A stretch of 58,982 nt of DNA, from the NCBI GenBank assembly GCA_044225505.1, contig JBGAIN010000033.1:1-58982 (forward strand), in the 5' to 3' direction. The first letter of the stretch is position 1, and each line of letters begins with the position of its first letter. The notes below the pieces were generated by a model. That model saw only the letters and a list, made by a program, of their open reading frames with translations. It had not been told where the DNA came from and did no database searches. The position numbers were made by a program, and so were the translations under genes. This document shows, piece by piece, positions 29,911 to 41,205 of the stretch. This DNA is from Limisphaerales bacterium (GTDB lineage: Bacteria; Verrucomicrobiota; Verrucomicrobiia; Limisphaerales; SIBE01).

Positions 29911-31461
29911 ATGCTCCGCGACCCGCCTTTATTGAGTGTTACCGGTCTTTCTAAGACCTACTCCGCTCCAGTCCTTTGTGACGTAGACTTTGAGCTCAGG
30001 CCGGGAGAAGTCCATGCGCTCGTAGGGGAGAACGGCGCGGGTAAAAGCACTCTGGCGCGGATCCTGGCCGGGTTGGTCCCGCCCACGGCTGGAGAGATGC
30101 GGCTCCGAGACTTACCGTATGTCCCGCGATCCAAGGCGGATGCCGAAAGCCAGGGCATCCGCTTGGTCATGCAGGAACTAAACCTCATCGGAACTCTATC
30201 CATCGCGGAGAATCTTTGCCTGGACCGTTTGCCCAACCGATTCGGATGGATCGATTACCGTCGCCTGAACGAGGCGGTCAGACCGATCATGGAAGCGGTC
30301 GGACTTGGGGATTTAGATCCGAGTTGCTCGGTCGGGATCTTGGGTGTCGGTCAACAGCAACTGGTCGAGATTGCGGCGGGGATTTCTCGGAAGTGCCAGG
30401 TTCTCATTCTGGATGAGCCAACGGCTGCGCTCACCAACCCTGAGATCAATCGACTCTTCGTCCAACTACAAGCCCTCAAGAAGAACGGGGTTGGACTCAT
30501 CTACATCTCGCACCGCTTGGATGAAATCCAGCGTATCGCCGATCGTATCACCGTCCTGCGTGACGGGCGAATCGTCGCGACGAGAGCCGTTTCATCAGTC
30601 AGCACCGAAGCGATTGTGCGCTTAATGGTCGGACGCGATCTTGTCAGTGCGAGCTCACCGCAACAGAGGTCTCTGGGGCCGATCGCTCTTGAGGTGAAGG
30701 GATTGTGCGCTGGCAAAGCCGTGCGCAATGTCGACTTCAACGTCCGCGCTGGGGAAATCCTCGGGTTCGCTGGCCTGATGGGGTCTGGACGAACGGAAAC
30801 GATGCGAGCCATTTTTGGTGCTGATCGGCCGGAGCGGGGCGAGATTTACGTGGGAGGAGCATCGATACCGGCGAGTATTCGATCGCCTCGGGATGCGGTG
30901 CAGCTAGGAATGGCCTTTGTCACGGAGGATCGCAAGGCGCAAGGCCTCCTTTTGCCGCTTTCGATTCGGGAGAACACCACATTGATAAAATTGCCGACGT
31001 TGAGTTGGCGGGGCTGGATCCGCCCTGAGCGAGAAAGAAGCGAAGCCATCCGGTGGGTCGACGCCTTACGGGTCCGTAGTGCCTCGGTGGAGCAGCCGGT
31101 TGTCGAACTGAGTGGCGGGAATCAGCAGAAAGTAGTGATTGCGAAATGGTTAGCACTAGAAAGCAACGTTTTGATCTTTGATGAACCCACGCGCGGCATC
31201 GACGTCGGCGCGAAGTTCGAGATTTACGCTCTTCTAACACAACTTGCTGCAGCGCAGAAGGCTGTAATTATCGTATCGTCCGACTTGAAAGAATTGCTTG
31301 GGCTATGCGATCGCTTGGTCGTGATGTCGGCCGGCGCCGTGGCCGCCACCTTCCTCCGAGGTGATTGGAGCGAAGAGCGAGTTCTAGCAGCGGCGTTCAG
31401 TGGTTATCACCAGTCCGGATCCAACCCGGTCAGACAACTGCAGAAACGTGAGGAGGCCTAA
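29911..31461 (+). CDS. Monosaccharide ABC transporter ATP-binding protein (RbsA-like, two NBDs)
   Basis: GENGAGKS, LDEPT, LSGGNQQK, DEPTRGIDVGAK. Confidence 0.92.
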   Translation: MLRDPPLLSVTGLSKTYSAPVLCDVDFELRPGEVHALVGENGAGKSTLARILAGLVPPTAGEMRLRDLPYVPRSKADAESQGIRLVMQELNLIGTLSIAENLCLDRLPNRFGWIDYRRLNEAVRPIMEAVGLGDLDPSCSVGILGVGQQQLVEIAAGISRKCQVLILDEPTAALTNPEINRLFVQLQALKKNGVGLIYISHRLDEIQRIADRITVLRDGRIVATRAVSSVSTEAIVRLMVGRDLVSASSPQQRSLGPIALEVKGLCAGKAVRNVDFNVRAGEILGFAGLMGSGRTETMRAIFGADRPERGEIYVGGASIPASIRSPRDAVQLGMAFVTEDRKAQGLLLPLSIRENTTLIKLPTLSWRGWIRPERERSEAIRWVDALRVRSASVEQPVVELSGGNQQKVVIAKWLALESNVLIFDEPTRGIDVGAKFEIYALLTQLAAAQKAVIIVSSDLKELLGLCDRLVVMSAGAVAATFLRGDWSEERVLAAAFSGYHQSGSNPVRQLQKREEA

Positions 31462-31772
31462 TGTCGTGCGGTTTGGTCGTTAGATAGATCAATCCGCTCC
31501 CCAGGGAGAATGGCGGGGCCGCACCCTCCTCATTGTGGTTGAACGAAATTTCTTGACGTCAGCCTGCCTTTACACAGCGACGAAAGTGAGTATATTGCTA
31601 GGCGCTTCTGAGACAGGTCCCGACCCCAGACAGATCCAATCCCCGGCGCATTTCGGTTACGGGGAGATATCCCTGGATTGTCTCGTTTACGGCATTTAAG
31701 GGGAGGGAAGGTCGTTCCAGGGCGAGCGTTGAACATAGTCCTAATCCCTGCACGTCTAACGGACGGGCTTAT

Positions 31773-32792
31773 GTGTGCTATCAATTTATGAAAAACAGGA
31801 AGAGACAGGAACACAAGAACGAGAGACTCGATGCTGGATGCTCCGCTCGGGAGGCCGGCCGCAGGGCAATTCTGCCTGAAGCGGAAGTCGGGAATCTTGG
31901 CAAACGGGTGAACCTGCAAGACGACACGGAGTCGAAATGGGTCAAAGCAAACCGTGACGTTGATGCGGCGAGCACCGCTTATACCCTTTATTTGCGAGAG
32001 ATTGGTCAAACGAAGCTGATCAGTCCGCTGGAAGAAGTGGAATTGGCCAAGCGTATCCAAGCTGGCGATGAGGATGCCCGGGAGCTGATGATCCGAGCAA
32101 ACTTGCGGTTGGTGGTGAAGATCGCCCGAGAATATGAGGATTACGGAGTGCCGCTGTTGGATTTGATCAATGAAGGCAACATTGGTCTGATGAAAGCAGT
32201 GGAGCGATTTGATCCGACAAAGGGGGCGAAGCTATCGACCTACGCCGCGTGGTGGATCAAGCAAGCGATTCGACGGGCGTTATCGAATCAATCGAAAACG
32301 ATCCGACTGCCCGTTCATGTTGGTGACAAACTGCTTCACATCCGCCGAGCCTCACTTCGATTGGAGGAAGAGCTAGGACGGGAGCCGACGTTGGAAGAAT
32401 TGGCGAGTGAGATGGATATGGTGCCCGCCCGTTTAGCGGCGTTGAGGAATGCGGCGGTGCCTCCGAGTTCCTTGGATGCGCCGGTGGGAGACAATGATGG
32501 CAAACGGTTTGATGAGTTGGTCGGGGACGAGAAGGCTGATACGCCCTATGCGCAACTCGCTGAGAAGACGCGCACGCATATGTTGTTGGAAATGCTAGAC
32601 ACTTTGCCCGATCGAGAACGGACAATCCTGCGATATAGGTTTGGACTAGTCGGGGATAGTGACATGACTCTCGAAGAAGTTGGCGAGCGCTTTGGGGTGA
32701 CTCGCGAGCGAATTCGCCAGATTCAGAATCTGGCCTTGGAAAAGCTGAGGAAGATGATCGAGAAACGCGAGGCGGTGCAACTTGCCGCCTAG
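31773..32792 (+). CDS. RNA polymerase sigma-70 factor, RpoD/RpoS family without region 1.1 (start uncertain)
   Basis: YLREIG, ANLRLVVKIA, STYAAWWIKQ, TLEEVG...TRERIRQIQ. Confidence 0.92.
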   Translation: MCYQFMKNRKRQEHKNERLDAGCSAREAGRRAILPEAEVGNLGKRVNLQDDTESKWVKANRDVDAASTAYTLYLREIGQTKLISPLEEVELAKRIQAGDEDARELMIRANLRLVVKIAREYEDYGVPLLDLINEGNIGLMKAVERFDPTKGAKLSTYAAWWIKQAIRRALSNQSKTIRLPVHVGDKLLHIRRASLRLEEELGREPTLEELASEMDMVPARLAALRNAAVPPSSLDAPVGDNDGKRFDELVGDEKADTPYAQLAEKTRTHMLLEMLDTLPDRERTILRYRFGLVGDSDMTLEEVGERFGVTRERIRQIQNLALEKLRKMIEKREAVQLAA

Positions 32793-32822
32793 GAAGAAGC
32801 AGCCAATGTGGCCTTGTGTCTA

Positions 32823-32852
32823 GCCCTCTCCCGAAAGACATCGGGAGAGGGC
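32823..32852. terminator. GC-rich hairpin between the convergent sigma and rne genes
   Basis: GCCCTCTCCCGA-AAGACA-TCGGGAGAGGGC, a 12-bp perfect stem; no U-tract. Confidence 0.5.
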
Positions 32853-32876
32853 ATCGGCCGATGCGGCCAGTGAAAA

Positions 32877-34868
32877 CTACCCGCCGACACTCACTAGCTC
32901 TTCATTAGTCGACGCGTTGTAAATCTTAAACTGCTCGGAATGGAAGGCCGGTTCTGACCGGAATGAGAGTTTGCCGAAGTATCGTTTTTCCAACGCAATG
33001 AGAAGTTGTTCGTCTTCAGTGCGGAGCCGTTCGAGCACGGTGGGATTAACGACGATACGGAGCTGAAAATCCGATTCGTCGCGTGGACGTTTCTTTAAGA
33101 TTTCACTGAGCTTCCTCTGGATTTCAACGCTCATGGTGAGAGCACTCTTCACTTTGCCGCGTCCTTTGCAGTAGGGACAATCGTCGTAGACCGCAGCGCG
33201 CACGCTTTCGGAATGGCGCTGACGCGTCATTTCCATCAAACCGAGCTGCGAAATCGGCAGAATGTGCGTTTTAGCTTTATCCCGTCGAAGCCCTTCTTTG
33301 ATGCGCTGATAAACGTTCTGCTGATCTCGTCGGGATTTCATGTCGATGAAATCGAGGACGATTAACCCGCCCATGTTGCGCAGTCGGAGTTGGCGACAGA
33401 TTTCGTCGGCGGCTTCCAAGTTCACCTTCAGAATGGTGGATTCCTGGTCCTTGTTCGAGCTCTTATGGCGGCCGGTGTTGACGTCGATGGCAACCAGCGC
33501 TTCGGTTTCATCGATGACAATGTACCCGCCGCTTTTGAGGTGGACTTGACGGGAGAACGCACTTTCAAGTTGGCGGGAGATGTTGAATCGATCGAAGATT
33601 GGCTGTGAGTCGCTGTAGATCTTGACCTTGGAGGTCGACCTCCGGGAGATGCGGGCGATCATGTCTCGGACGCGATCATACTGTTGAGGCGTGTCGATGA
33701 CGATGCGTTCGACATCTTCGGTTAGGAAGTCGCGCACCGTGCGTTCGATCAGATCGGGTTCCTGAAAGACGCAGGAGGCCGGAGGTTGATGGTTGATCCG
33801 ATCTTGGATCTGCTTCCACTCATCGAGAAGGAGCGCCAGATCACGGACGAAGTAGCGCGCCTGCTGTCCTTCACCGACGGTGCGAATGATCACGCCCATG
33901 CCTTCGGGAATCTTTAAGCTGCGAAGGATCTTCTTCAGCCGTTGGCGTTCTTCGACGTTTTCGATTTTACGGGAGATGCCGCTTTGGTCGGAATTAGGAA
34001 GCAAAACGAGGTATCGTCCCGGGAGCGCGAGGTTCGTGGTGACGCGCGGGCCTTTGGTGCCGATCGGGCCTTTCGTGACCTGGACAACGATATCCGTACC
34101 GGGCGGGTAAAGACGTGGAATGTCTTTTTGAGTGATGCGAGGTTTGTCGCGTCGGCGGTTATCTCGTTCGACAAGCTCAACACCGCTATCAAAACTGGCT
34201 GGGACAATGTCCCAGTAATGGAGGAACGCGTTCTTCTCAAAGCCAATATCGACGAAGGCGGCCTTCAGGCCGTCCTCCAGATTACGGACTTTGCCTTTAA
34301 AGATACTGCCGACCAAACGCTCGTCCGAACTGCGTTCGATCGTGAATTCTTCCAGCTTGCCATCTTCCAGCACCGCTACCCGGGTCTCGAGAGATTCGGC
34401 ATTGATCACCACTTCCTTGTGAATCTTCTTGACCGGCTTGATCAGTTTCTGGACTTTGCGGATCACTTTGGACGCCGCAGATCGGAGCGTGCCGACGATC
34501 CCTTGAGTCGGTTCTTTGATCGGAACCGGTTCAAAAGCCGTATCTCCGTCCGGCCGGGCGGCGGGGGATTCCGGCCGGTGTTCTCGTGCTTCGGGCTTTT
34601 TGGGAGGTTCCGGTTCCTGGACTGGAGCCGGTTCGGGCGCGGGAATCGGTTCGGCGGGAAGGCCTGCCGCGATGTTCTCGGCGCGGTCGATCTCGCGCTG
34701 GTGCCGGACGCGGTCGAAAATCTCTTCAGGCGGGGCCTTATCGGTGAGGGCTTCCGCGCGGGCTTCCGTAGCCGAACGATCGGGGCGAGGCACATGGGCG
34801 GACATGCCTCCGGTCGGGCGGAAGCGCATGCCGCCCCGACGCCGGCTCGAAAAACTTCGTTCACTCAT
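32877..34868 (-). CDS. rne: Rne/Rng family ribonuclease with N-terminal disordered extension
   Basis: AAFVDIG S1 domain, DVNTG, RLRNMGGLIVLDFIDM, CPYCKG. Confidence 0.9.
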   Translation of the reverse strand: MSERSFSSRRRGGMRFRPTGGMSAHVPRPDRSATEARAEALTDKAPPEEIFDRVRHQREIDRAENIAAGLPAEPIPAPEPAPVQEPEPPKKPEAREHRPESPAARPDGDTAFEPVPIKEPTQGIVGTLRSAASKVIRKVQKLIKPVKKIHKEVVINAESLETRVAVLEDGKLEEFTIERSSDERLVGSIFKGKVRNLEDGLKAAFVDIGFEKNAFLHYWDIVPASFDSGVELVERDNRRRDKPRITQKDIPRLYPPGTDIVVQVTKGPIGTKGPRVTTNLALPGRYLVLLPNSDQSGISRKIENVEERQRLKKILRSLKIPEGMGVIIRTVGEGQQARYFVRDLALLLDEWKQIQDRINHQPPASCVFQEPDLIERTVRDFLTEDVERIVIDTPQQYDRVRDMIARISRRSTSKVKIYSDSQPIFDRFNISRQLESAFSRQVHLKSGGYIVIDETEALVAIDVNTGRHKSSNKDQESTILKVNLEAADEICRQLRLRNMGGLIVLDFIDMKSRRDQQNVYQRIKEGLRRDKAKTHILPISQLGLMEMTRQRHSESVRAAVYDDCPYCKGRGKVKSALTMSVEIQRKLSEILKKRPRDESDFQLRIVVNPTVLERLRTEDEQLLIALEKRYFGKLSFRSEPAFHSEQFKIYNASTNEELVSVGG

Positions 34869-34869
34869 A

Positions 34870-36078
34870 TCAATAGGAATCTCGATGGAGATGGATGTTC
34901 TGCAAAAGCCCAGCAGCGATCAACGAGCAGAGCACTGAAGTCCCGCCGTAACTTAGCAGCGGCAGTGGGATACCCGTCACGGGCATTAACCGAATGTTCA
35001 TGCCGATATTAATAAAGACGTGGCTAAAGAGCATGGTGACCACTCCGATCGCAAGGAGCTTACCGAGTCGGTCGCGCGCTTGGCCGGCCACGTGAATCCC
35101 GGTGAACAGGACCACGGTGTAGAGCGCGATTATAATCACGCTCCCCAGAAATCCTTTCTCCTCGGCAATAACGGAGAAAATGAAATCGTTGTGGGCCACG
35201 GCGCGGGGCAGGTAACCCAACGCATTCTGGGTTCCCTGCCGCCAACCCTTTCCCGTCAAACCACCCGAACCAACTGAAATCAGCGCTTGCTCCACGTTGT
35301 AGGATTTCTTCTGCTGCATGGCGTAGCTACGCTGACGCTCCGCGGGGGTGTCGTTGCGCGGGGCAAAGTTTCTACCAAAGTAAACCAGCAATCGGTCGCG
35401 CTGGTAGTCTTCCAAAGGGATCCTTAGATTCGCCGGAGCATAAAGGACGTCCACCAGGATGATCGCCACCAATAGGCTGGTTCCCGTCACGAGCCGACGC
35501 AGGTGGCTAATCGGAACACCCGCAGCGAACATCATGACCAGAGTGATCGGCAGCAGTACCAAAGCAGACCCAAGATCTGGCTCCTTCAAGATCAGCACAA
35601 ATGGAAGCAACGTGAGGCCGAGCGCTTTCAAAAACACACTTGGAAAGCGCAGTTCCTCGGGCGGCCGGCTCAAGAAGTGCCCCTGGACAAGAATACAGGC
35701 TAGCTTGGCAAACTCCGATGGTTGGAAGTTGAAAAAACCCAGATCGATCCAGCGCCGTGCGCCGAAAACTTTCGTGCCAATTTTGGGAATCAGAACGGCG
35801 ATCAAGAGGAAGATCGTCAACCAGTAGATGACGAGAGACCATCGAGCCAGTCGACGGTAGCTAACCAGGCAAATCACCCCTCCTGCCGCGAGTCCCAACC
35901 CATAGAAAACCATCTGCTTGAATGCCGGTTGGCGGTACCACGCATACTGGCGAAACATCTCATTGTTCGCGGTGGCACTATAAATGAAAGCGGCGCCTAT
36001 CATCATTAGCGAGAGAAGTGCCAGCAACATCGGCCATTGGATTGGCGACTCTCGCTCGTTGACTCGATTCTCAAACAT
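34870..36078 (-). CDS. rodA: Rod shape-determining protein RodA
   Basis: GARRWI, QPSEFAK, PDLGSA, HNDFIFS, LSYGG; lies in the mre-mrd operon. Confidence 0.93.
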   Translation of the reverse strand: MFENRVNERESPIQWPMLLALLSLMMIGAAFIYSATANNEMFRQYAWYRQPAFKQMVFYGLGLAAGGVICLVSYRRLARWSLVIYWLTIFLLIAVLIPKIGTKVFGARRWIDLGFFNFQPSEFAKLACILVQGHFLSRPPEELRFPSVFLKALGLTLLPFVLILKEPDLGSALVLLPITLVMMFAAGVPISHLRRLVTGTSLLVAIILVDVLYAPANLRIPLEDYQRDRLLVYFGRNFAPRNDTPAERQRSYAMQQKKSYNVEQALISVGSGGLTGKGWRQGTQNALGYLPRAVAHNDFIFSVIAEEKGFLGSVIIIALYTVVLFTGIHVAGQARDRLGKLLAIGVVTMLFSHVFINIGMNIRLMPVTGIPLPLLSYGGTSVLCSLIAAGLLQNIHLHRDSY

Positions 36079-36084
36079 GGGCTC

Positions 36085-38071
36085 TCAGTTGGCGACTAAA
36101 CTGCCCGAGGTCCCCGCTGGTTGACGTTGTTCTTTCTTCAAGAGCGCCTCATAAATATCGTGAGCGACCGGAGCGCACGTGGCGCTTCCCGAGACCCCTC
36201 CTTCGATCACGACCACGACCGCATAGCGGGGGGAATCAAAGGGCGCATACGAGACAAACCAAGTAATGTACTCTTTCAATTTCCGGCCTTCCATAACCTG
36301 AGCGGTGCCGGTTTTCCCACAAACTTGCATGCCCTCAACCGCGGCCCTGCGGCCTGTCCCGTCCAAACGGCCGGCTGGATCCTTGTGCACCACGTCCAGT
36401 AACATGGCGTGTTGCACAATTTCTAAATTCTTCGGGTTCAAGCGGAGCTGCGTCCGGATCTGACCGCTCGGAAAGCGAATCACGTCGGCGTTCATCCCCG
36501 CCTCCCCGCCTCCTGCACTTCAATTGGCTGACCAGTCGCGGCTCCAGAACTTGGCCGCCGTTGGCGATCGCGGCAGTCATGACAGCCATCTGCAACGGCG
36601 TTACCAGGAGCTCGCCTTGGCCAATGCACAGGTTGGCGGTATCGCCCCCCATCCAACGCGTTCCGTCTCTTTTTACCTTATCGGACGGATCTGGATAGTA
36701 TCCCGCAGCTTCCTGGCGAGTCGTGAACCCGGTCCGACTTCCAAATCCGAAGCGCCGGCCCATCTCGGCGATCCTTTCAAAGCCAATCTGCAATCCTCGA
36801 TCGATGAAGTAACAGTTGCAGGAAAGATAAAACGCCCTGTCAAAGTCATACGTTCCCGGTGGGGCGGTGCAATTCCAGGCGTGTCCCTTGCCGTTGATTT
36901 GGTAAGAGCGTTTGCCTTCAACAATATCGTTTGTGCTCAACGACCCGGCCTCAAGCCCAGCCAAGGCGACGATAATTTTGAATATCGAACCGGGCGGATA
37001 AGTGCCATAGGTCGCTCGATTCAATTGCGGGCGTAGTTCATCATCTGACAATTTGGCCCAATCCTCTTCGGAAACTCGGGCCGTAAACAAATTGGGATCA
37101 AAGCTGGGCACTGACGCCATGGCGAGAACATCCCCATTGCGGCAATCCAGAACGACCGCTGCCCCTCGCGCATCCGGATTTCCATTCCGCAACGCCTTTT
37201 CCGCGGTTCTCTGGAGAGACAAGTCCAGGGTAAGGACAACATTTTGTCCGGGTTGGGGTGGGCTAAGCATTTCTTCGGCTTGCCGATACTGCAAGTTATT
37301 GACCAGGACAGATTTGACACCTGGCCGACCGCGAAGTTGCTGATCGAAGGCTAACTCGACTCCCATCACTCCGGAGAAATCCGGAAGGCGGAATTGAAAC
37401 GAAATCTCGTCATCGTCGGTAGGACTGTTTTCCCGCCGAAGATGTCCGATGAGGTGGGCTGCTGTGTTTGTCCATGGGTACGCGCGAACGGGTTGCACTT
37501 CAAGCGCTAGACTCGGAAGCGCGGTTGATCGTTCCACGAAAAGAGCGACCTGCTGCGGCGTTAAATCACGCATCAGAGGAAATGGTAATGATCGCAAATT
37601 GTCATAGTGGTTCGTGAATTGTTTCAGATCTAATAAGGTCGGTTCGTTGACCATCGAACTCACGTGCAACATGAGGTTGCTGACCACTCGAAATCGCGCG
37701 GTGCTTTGCAAAACTTCGTCCGTTCGTCCGGTCGGTCGCACCTTCGGGTTCGCTTTGCGGAACTCACTCAATACCCGGTTGGTATATTCATAACGGAAAT
37801 AGCGTCGGAACTCCTCCAGGTAAAGGTTGACGTTGTAACTAGGCCGATTGTCAGCCAATGGGATTCCGTTCCGATCCAGGATCTTACCTCGAATGGCAGG
37901 AACACGTATGATGCGCAAGGACTGTTCTTGGAGGTCGGCGCGGTAGCGTTTGGCCGAGATTACCTGGACGTACCATAGTCCTGCCAAAAGCACCGCCATG
38001 CCCGCGGCCACCCCAAGAGACACGCCGCGCAAGCTGCGGTCTCCTTTCTTGATTTGGTCAAAAATGAGCAT
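36085..38071 (-). CDS. mrdA: Penicillin-binding protein 2, split by a frameshift near 36496-36522
   Basis: RGKILDRNG, GSIFK and SCN in ORF 36335..38071; KTGTAQ in ORF 36085..36495. Confidence 0.88.
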
Positions 38072-38074
38072 GCG

Positions 38075-38626
38075 TCACGCGCGGCCGCGCTTGATTTCAC
38101 GATCCGGACGGAATGTGCTCTCTGCGGGGCGTCCGTACGCCAGGGCCTTTTCGACGTGTTCAAACAGCCAGAAGCAAATTGGCGTGAACAGGCCGCCAGC
38201 CGTTGTTAGCACCAACCATTGCCAAAGCGATCCCCAGCCGATCAGCGGACGGTAACCACCTCCCCAAAGCAGCAGCACGGTCAGCAACGGCGAAAGAGCA
38301 CTCGCGCTCGTCCCCAGCAAAAGCCGAGCATACGGTTGATCGCGTAGAATCAGGTCTCGAGTTCCATAGATCGCAAATCCGACCAGGAACAGAGGCAAGA
38401 CGGTGATGCCGAGTGGGTTGCCTGACAAGGTATCAAACCAAAAGCCGCCAAGCACAGAAGTTAGAGTCAACGAGGTCAAATTCAGGTTTAACGCGCAGTA
38501 GACCACAAGGACTGGGAGCACGTCGATCTGAGTATTCAACCAATTGCGGAGCCCGCCAGGGCACGCCTCGACGAAGACGCCGAGGTAAGTGACCAGGAGA
38601 ACGGCAGCCATGTTGAGATAATTCAT
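38075..38626 (-). CDS. mreD: Rod shape-determining protein MreD
   Basis: Small polytopic membrane protein between mreC and mrdA. Confidence 0.8.
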   Translation of the reverse strand: MNYLNMAAVLLVTYLGVFVEACPGGLRNWLNTQIDVLPVLVVYCALNLNLTSLTLTSVLGGFWFDTLSGNPLGITVLPLFLVGFAIYGTRDLILRDQPYARLLLGTSASALSPLLTVLLLWGGGYRPLIGWGSLWQWLVLTTAGGLFTPICFWLFEHVEKALAYGRPAESTFRPDREIKRGRA

Positions 38627-39435
38627 GGGAGCACGACCCATACTTCTTCCAAGTTGTCCAAGTTCGCCCCCAGCTTGACTCTAGCCTCCGCGTAAAGTCC
38701 GTAGCCAACGCTGTTTGTATCGATAATATGCCCAATTAACATGCCTCGCGGATAAATTCCTCCAAGCCCGCTCGTCATGACTCGCTGCCCACTCCGCATG
38801 GCCAAGGGGCGATTGACGTAAGTGAGGTCAACGAGTGAAGAGTCCAGCACTCCACTTGACCCTGAGGAGATGATTCCAAAATCGCGATTGGGCCCATCTT
38901 CAACGACGGCGGCTACTCGACATTCCGGATCCCCAATCAAGGCGACTTGGGATCGGCTCGAACCCACTTGCTTGATCTTACCGACAAGCCCGTCCGGGGT
39001 TAACACGGGGAGGTCCGCCACAACGCCATCGCGTTGCCCAACGTCAATTTGCACGGTGCGCCACCAATTCGCAGGATCGCGAAGTATCACGCGCGCGCTG
39101 CGGAGCTTCCAGGGAGCCTGTTTTTGCCAGTTCAAGGCCTGACGCAGGCGATCATTTTCGCGCCAGATTTCCATGACTTGCATTTCGCGAGAACGGTACT
39201 GGGCGTTTTCACGACGTAGTTGCGCCAATTGGCTGACCAGGGTTCGGCGCGGAATGACAGATCCGCCTGCCTGATCGGTGAGGGCTTGGGCAGAACTGGC
39301 GAGTCCAAAGACGGGTAGGAACAAGGTGCTGAAAGCGAGCTTGGCCTGCGAAGCGGTCTGGCTTGGCAAGTTCAAGAAAACAAGCACCAAGAGCAGCACT
39401 GAGCTCAACGCAATGGAGTGCGGCCGTTTTAGCAT
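38623..39435 (-). CDS. mreC: Rod shape-determining protein MreC
   Basis: ENDRLRQAL coiled coil, GLVGKI, TSGLGGIYPRG. Confidence 0.92.
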   Translation of the reverse strand: MLKRPHSIALSSVLLLVLVFLNLPSQTASQAKLAFSTLFLPVFGLASSAQALTDQAGGSVIPRRTLVSQLAQLRRENAQYRSREMQVMEIWRENDRLRQALNWQKQAPWKLRSARVILRDPANWWRTVQIDVGQRDGVVADLPVLTPDGLVGKIKQVGSSRSQVALIGDPECRVAAVVEDGPNRDFGIISSGSSGVLDSSLVDLTYVNRPLAMRSGQRVMTSGLGGIYPRGMLIGHIIDTNSVGYGLYAEARVKLGANLDNLEEVWVVLP

Positions 39436-39490
39436 TCAGTCACCCGATTTTCACTTTATCTATCGGGCGAACGTGCAGCGGGGATGGCTA

Positions 39491-40519
39491 TCAAGGGCGG
39501 CCCGAATAGGCCACTCGCTTGAGAAACTGAAGCTCTTGCAGGACCCGCCCGGTTCCTTCGGCCACGGCCGTAAGCGGATCATCAGCAATATGTACTGGCA
39601 ATCCAGTCTCTTCGGCTAGGAGACGGTCAATACCACGCAAGAGAGCACCACCCCCTGCCATGACGATACCTCGGTCGACTAAATCCGCCGAGAGTTCAGG
39701 GGGGCACCGCTCCAAGGTGATACGAACCGACTCTAAAATGCTTGTCAGGGGCTCTTTGAGCGCTTCTCGAATCTCTTCCGAGCGAACCGTCAGCGTCTTG
39801 GGTAACCCAGCGCTGAGGTCGCGACCTTTCACTTCCATCGTTAATTCCTGTTCCAATGGGTACGCGGAACCAACGCGGATCTTAATTTCCTCTGCGGTAC
39901 GTTCGCCAATCATTAAATTATAGGCCCGCTTCATGTACGCCACAATCGTCTCGTCAAATTCGTCGCCGCCGACTCGCAGGCTGCGGCTAAAGACAATTCC
40001 GGCCAGGGAGATAATCGCGATCTCGCATGTTCCACCGCCAATGTCCACAATCATGTTCCCGGCTGGCTCGTGCACCGGCAACCCGACTCCAATCGCAGAA
40101 GCCATCGGTTGCTCAATCAAGTAAACTTCACGAGCGCCAGCATGAGTTGCGGAATCCTTCACGGCCCTTTTTTCGACCTCTGTAATCCCAGAGGGGACGG
40201 CCACAACCACACGTGGAGCAATTAACTTGCGGTGATGGATTTTTGGAATGAAGTGCCGCAGCATGGATTCGGTAATCTCGAAGTCGGCAATCACGCCGTC
40301 CTTCATCGGCCGAATGGCAACAATGTTGCCTGTGGTCTGACCCAACATGCGTTTGGCTTCTTCGCCAACGGCAAGGACATTCGTGGTCCCGGCTTCGATG
40401 GCAACTACGGAAGGTTCACGTAGCACAATGCCCTGATCTCGGACGTAAACAAGGGAATTCGCCGTCCCCAAATCGATACCAATATCGTTTGAAAACAGGC
40501 CTTTGAGTTGCGCTAACAT
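39491..40519 (-). CDS. mreB: Rod shape-determining protein MreB
   Basis: IDLGTAN, DIGGGT, GGGALL. Confidence 0.96.
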   Translation of the reverse strand: MLAQLKGLFSNDIGIDLGTANSLVYVRDQGIVLREPSVVAIEAGTTNVLAVGEEAKRMLGQTTGNIVAIRPMKDGVIADFEITESMLRHFIPKIHHRKLIAPRVVVAVPSGITEVEKRAVKDSATHAGAREVYLIEQPMASAIGVGLPVHEPAGNMIVDIGGGTCEIAIISLAGIVFSRSLRVGGDEFDETIVAYMKRAYNLMIGERTAEEIKIRVGSAYPLEQELTMEVKGRDLSAGLPKTLTVRSEEIREALKEPLTSILESVRITLERCPPELSADLVDRGIVMAGGGALLRGIDRLLAEETGLPVHIADDPLTAVAEGTGRVLQELQFLKRVAYSGRP

Positions 40520-40689
40520 GAAACGTGCCTAAACACGAACCACAGAGTAAGGACGGTGAGACCAGCCGGTCAAGCGCTAAACCGCTTGTCTAAGGTGGCG
40601 CGAGTTACTTGGGGAAGTCCCTCGAAGCGAACAAACTCTGCATCGGCTTCTTTCATGGCAAAAAAGCCTGGCTGCAAAACGCAACAGGG

Positions 40690-40764
<75 letters not shown>

Positions 40765-40947
40765 CTGCGCGCCATTATGTCGCGAAGATCTCCGCGTCTG
40801 TCAAACGGAATGATTGGTGCGAGTTAACGGTTTCATTCAAAACGAAGGCTTGCCTTCTCATTCGGAGGGAACTAAAAAGGATCTTTACACGAGAAAGGTT
40901 AACCCCTAACGTCTGCCAGTTTTTTACGGCAAGCATTTACGGAAGTT

Positions 40948-41205
40948 ATGGAAGTGAAGTCCAGAGTCATCGAAGAATTTCGGGTCCACGAGCGTGATAC
41001 AGGTTCGGCGGATGTACAGATCGCCCTGCTCACCCAGCGAATCAACCAGCTGACGGAGCATCTGCAAAAGAACCTTAAAGATCACAGCTCCCGGCGCGGG
41101 CTATTGAAAATGGTCGGCCAGCGGCGTCGGCTGTTGGATTACTTGCATGTGACCGATACCAATCGGTACCAGACTCTCACCAAGAAGCTCAAGCTTCGCA
41201 AGTAG
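40948..41205 (+). CDS. rpsO: 30S ribosomal protein S15
   Basis: [22 protein letters not shown]. Confidence 0.97.
   Translation: MEVKSRVIEEFRVHERDTGSADVQIALLTQRINQLTEHLQKNLKDHSSRRGLLKMVGQRRRLLDYLHVTDTNRYQTLTKKLKLRK

Noticed and set aside
33942..35012. 356-aa plus-strand ORF
   Set aside because: Antisense shadow of rne, with no recognisable motifs.
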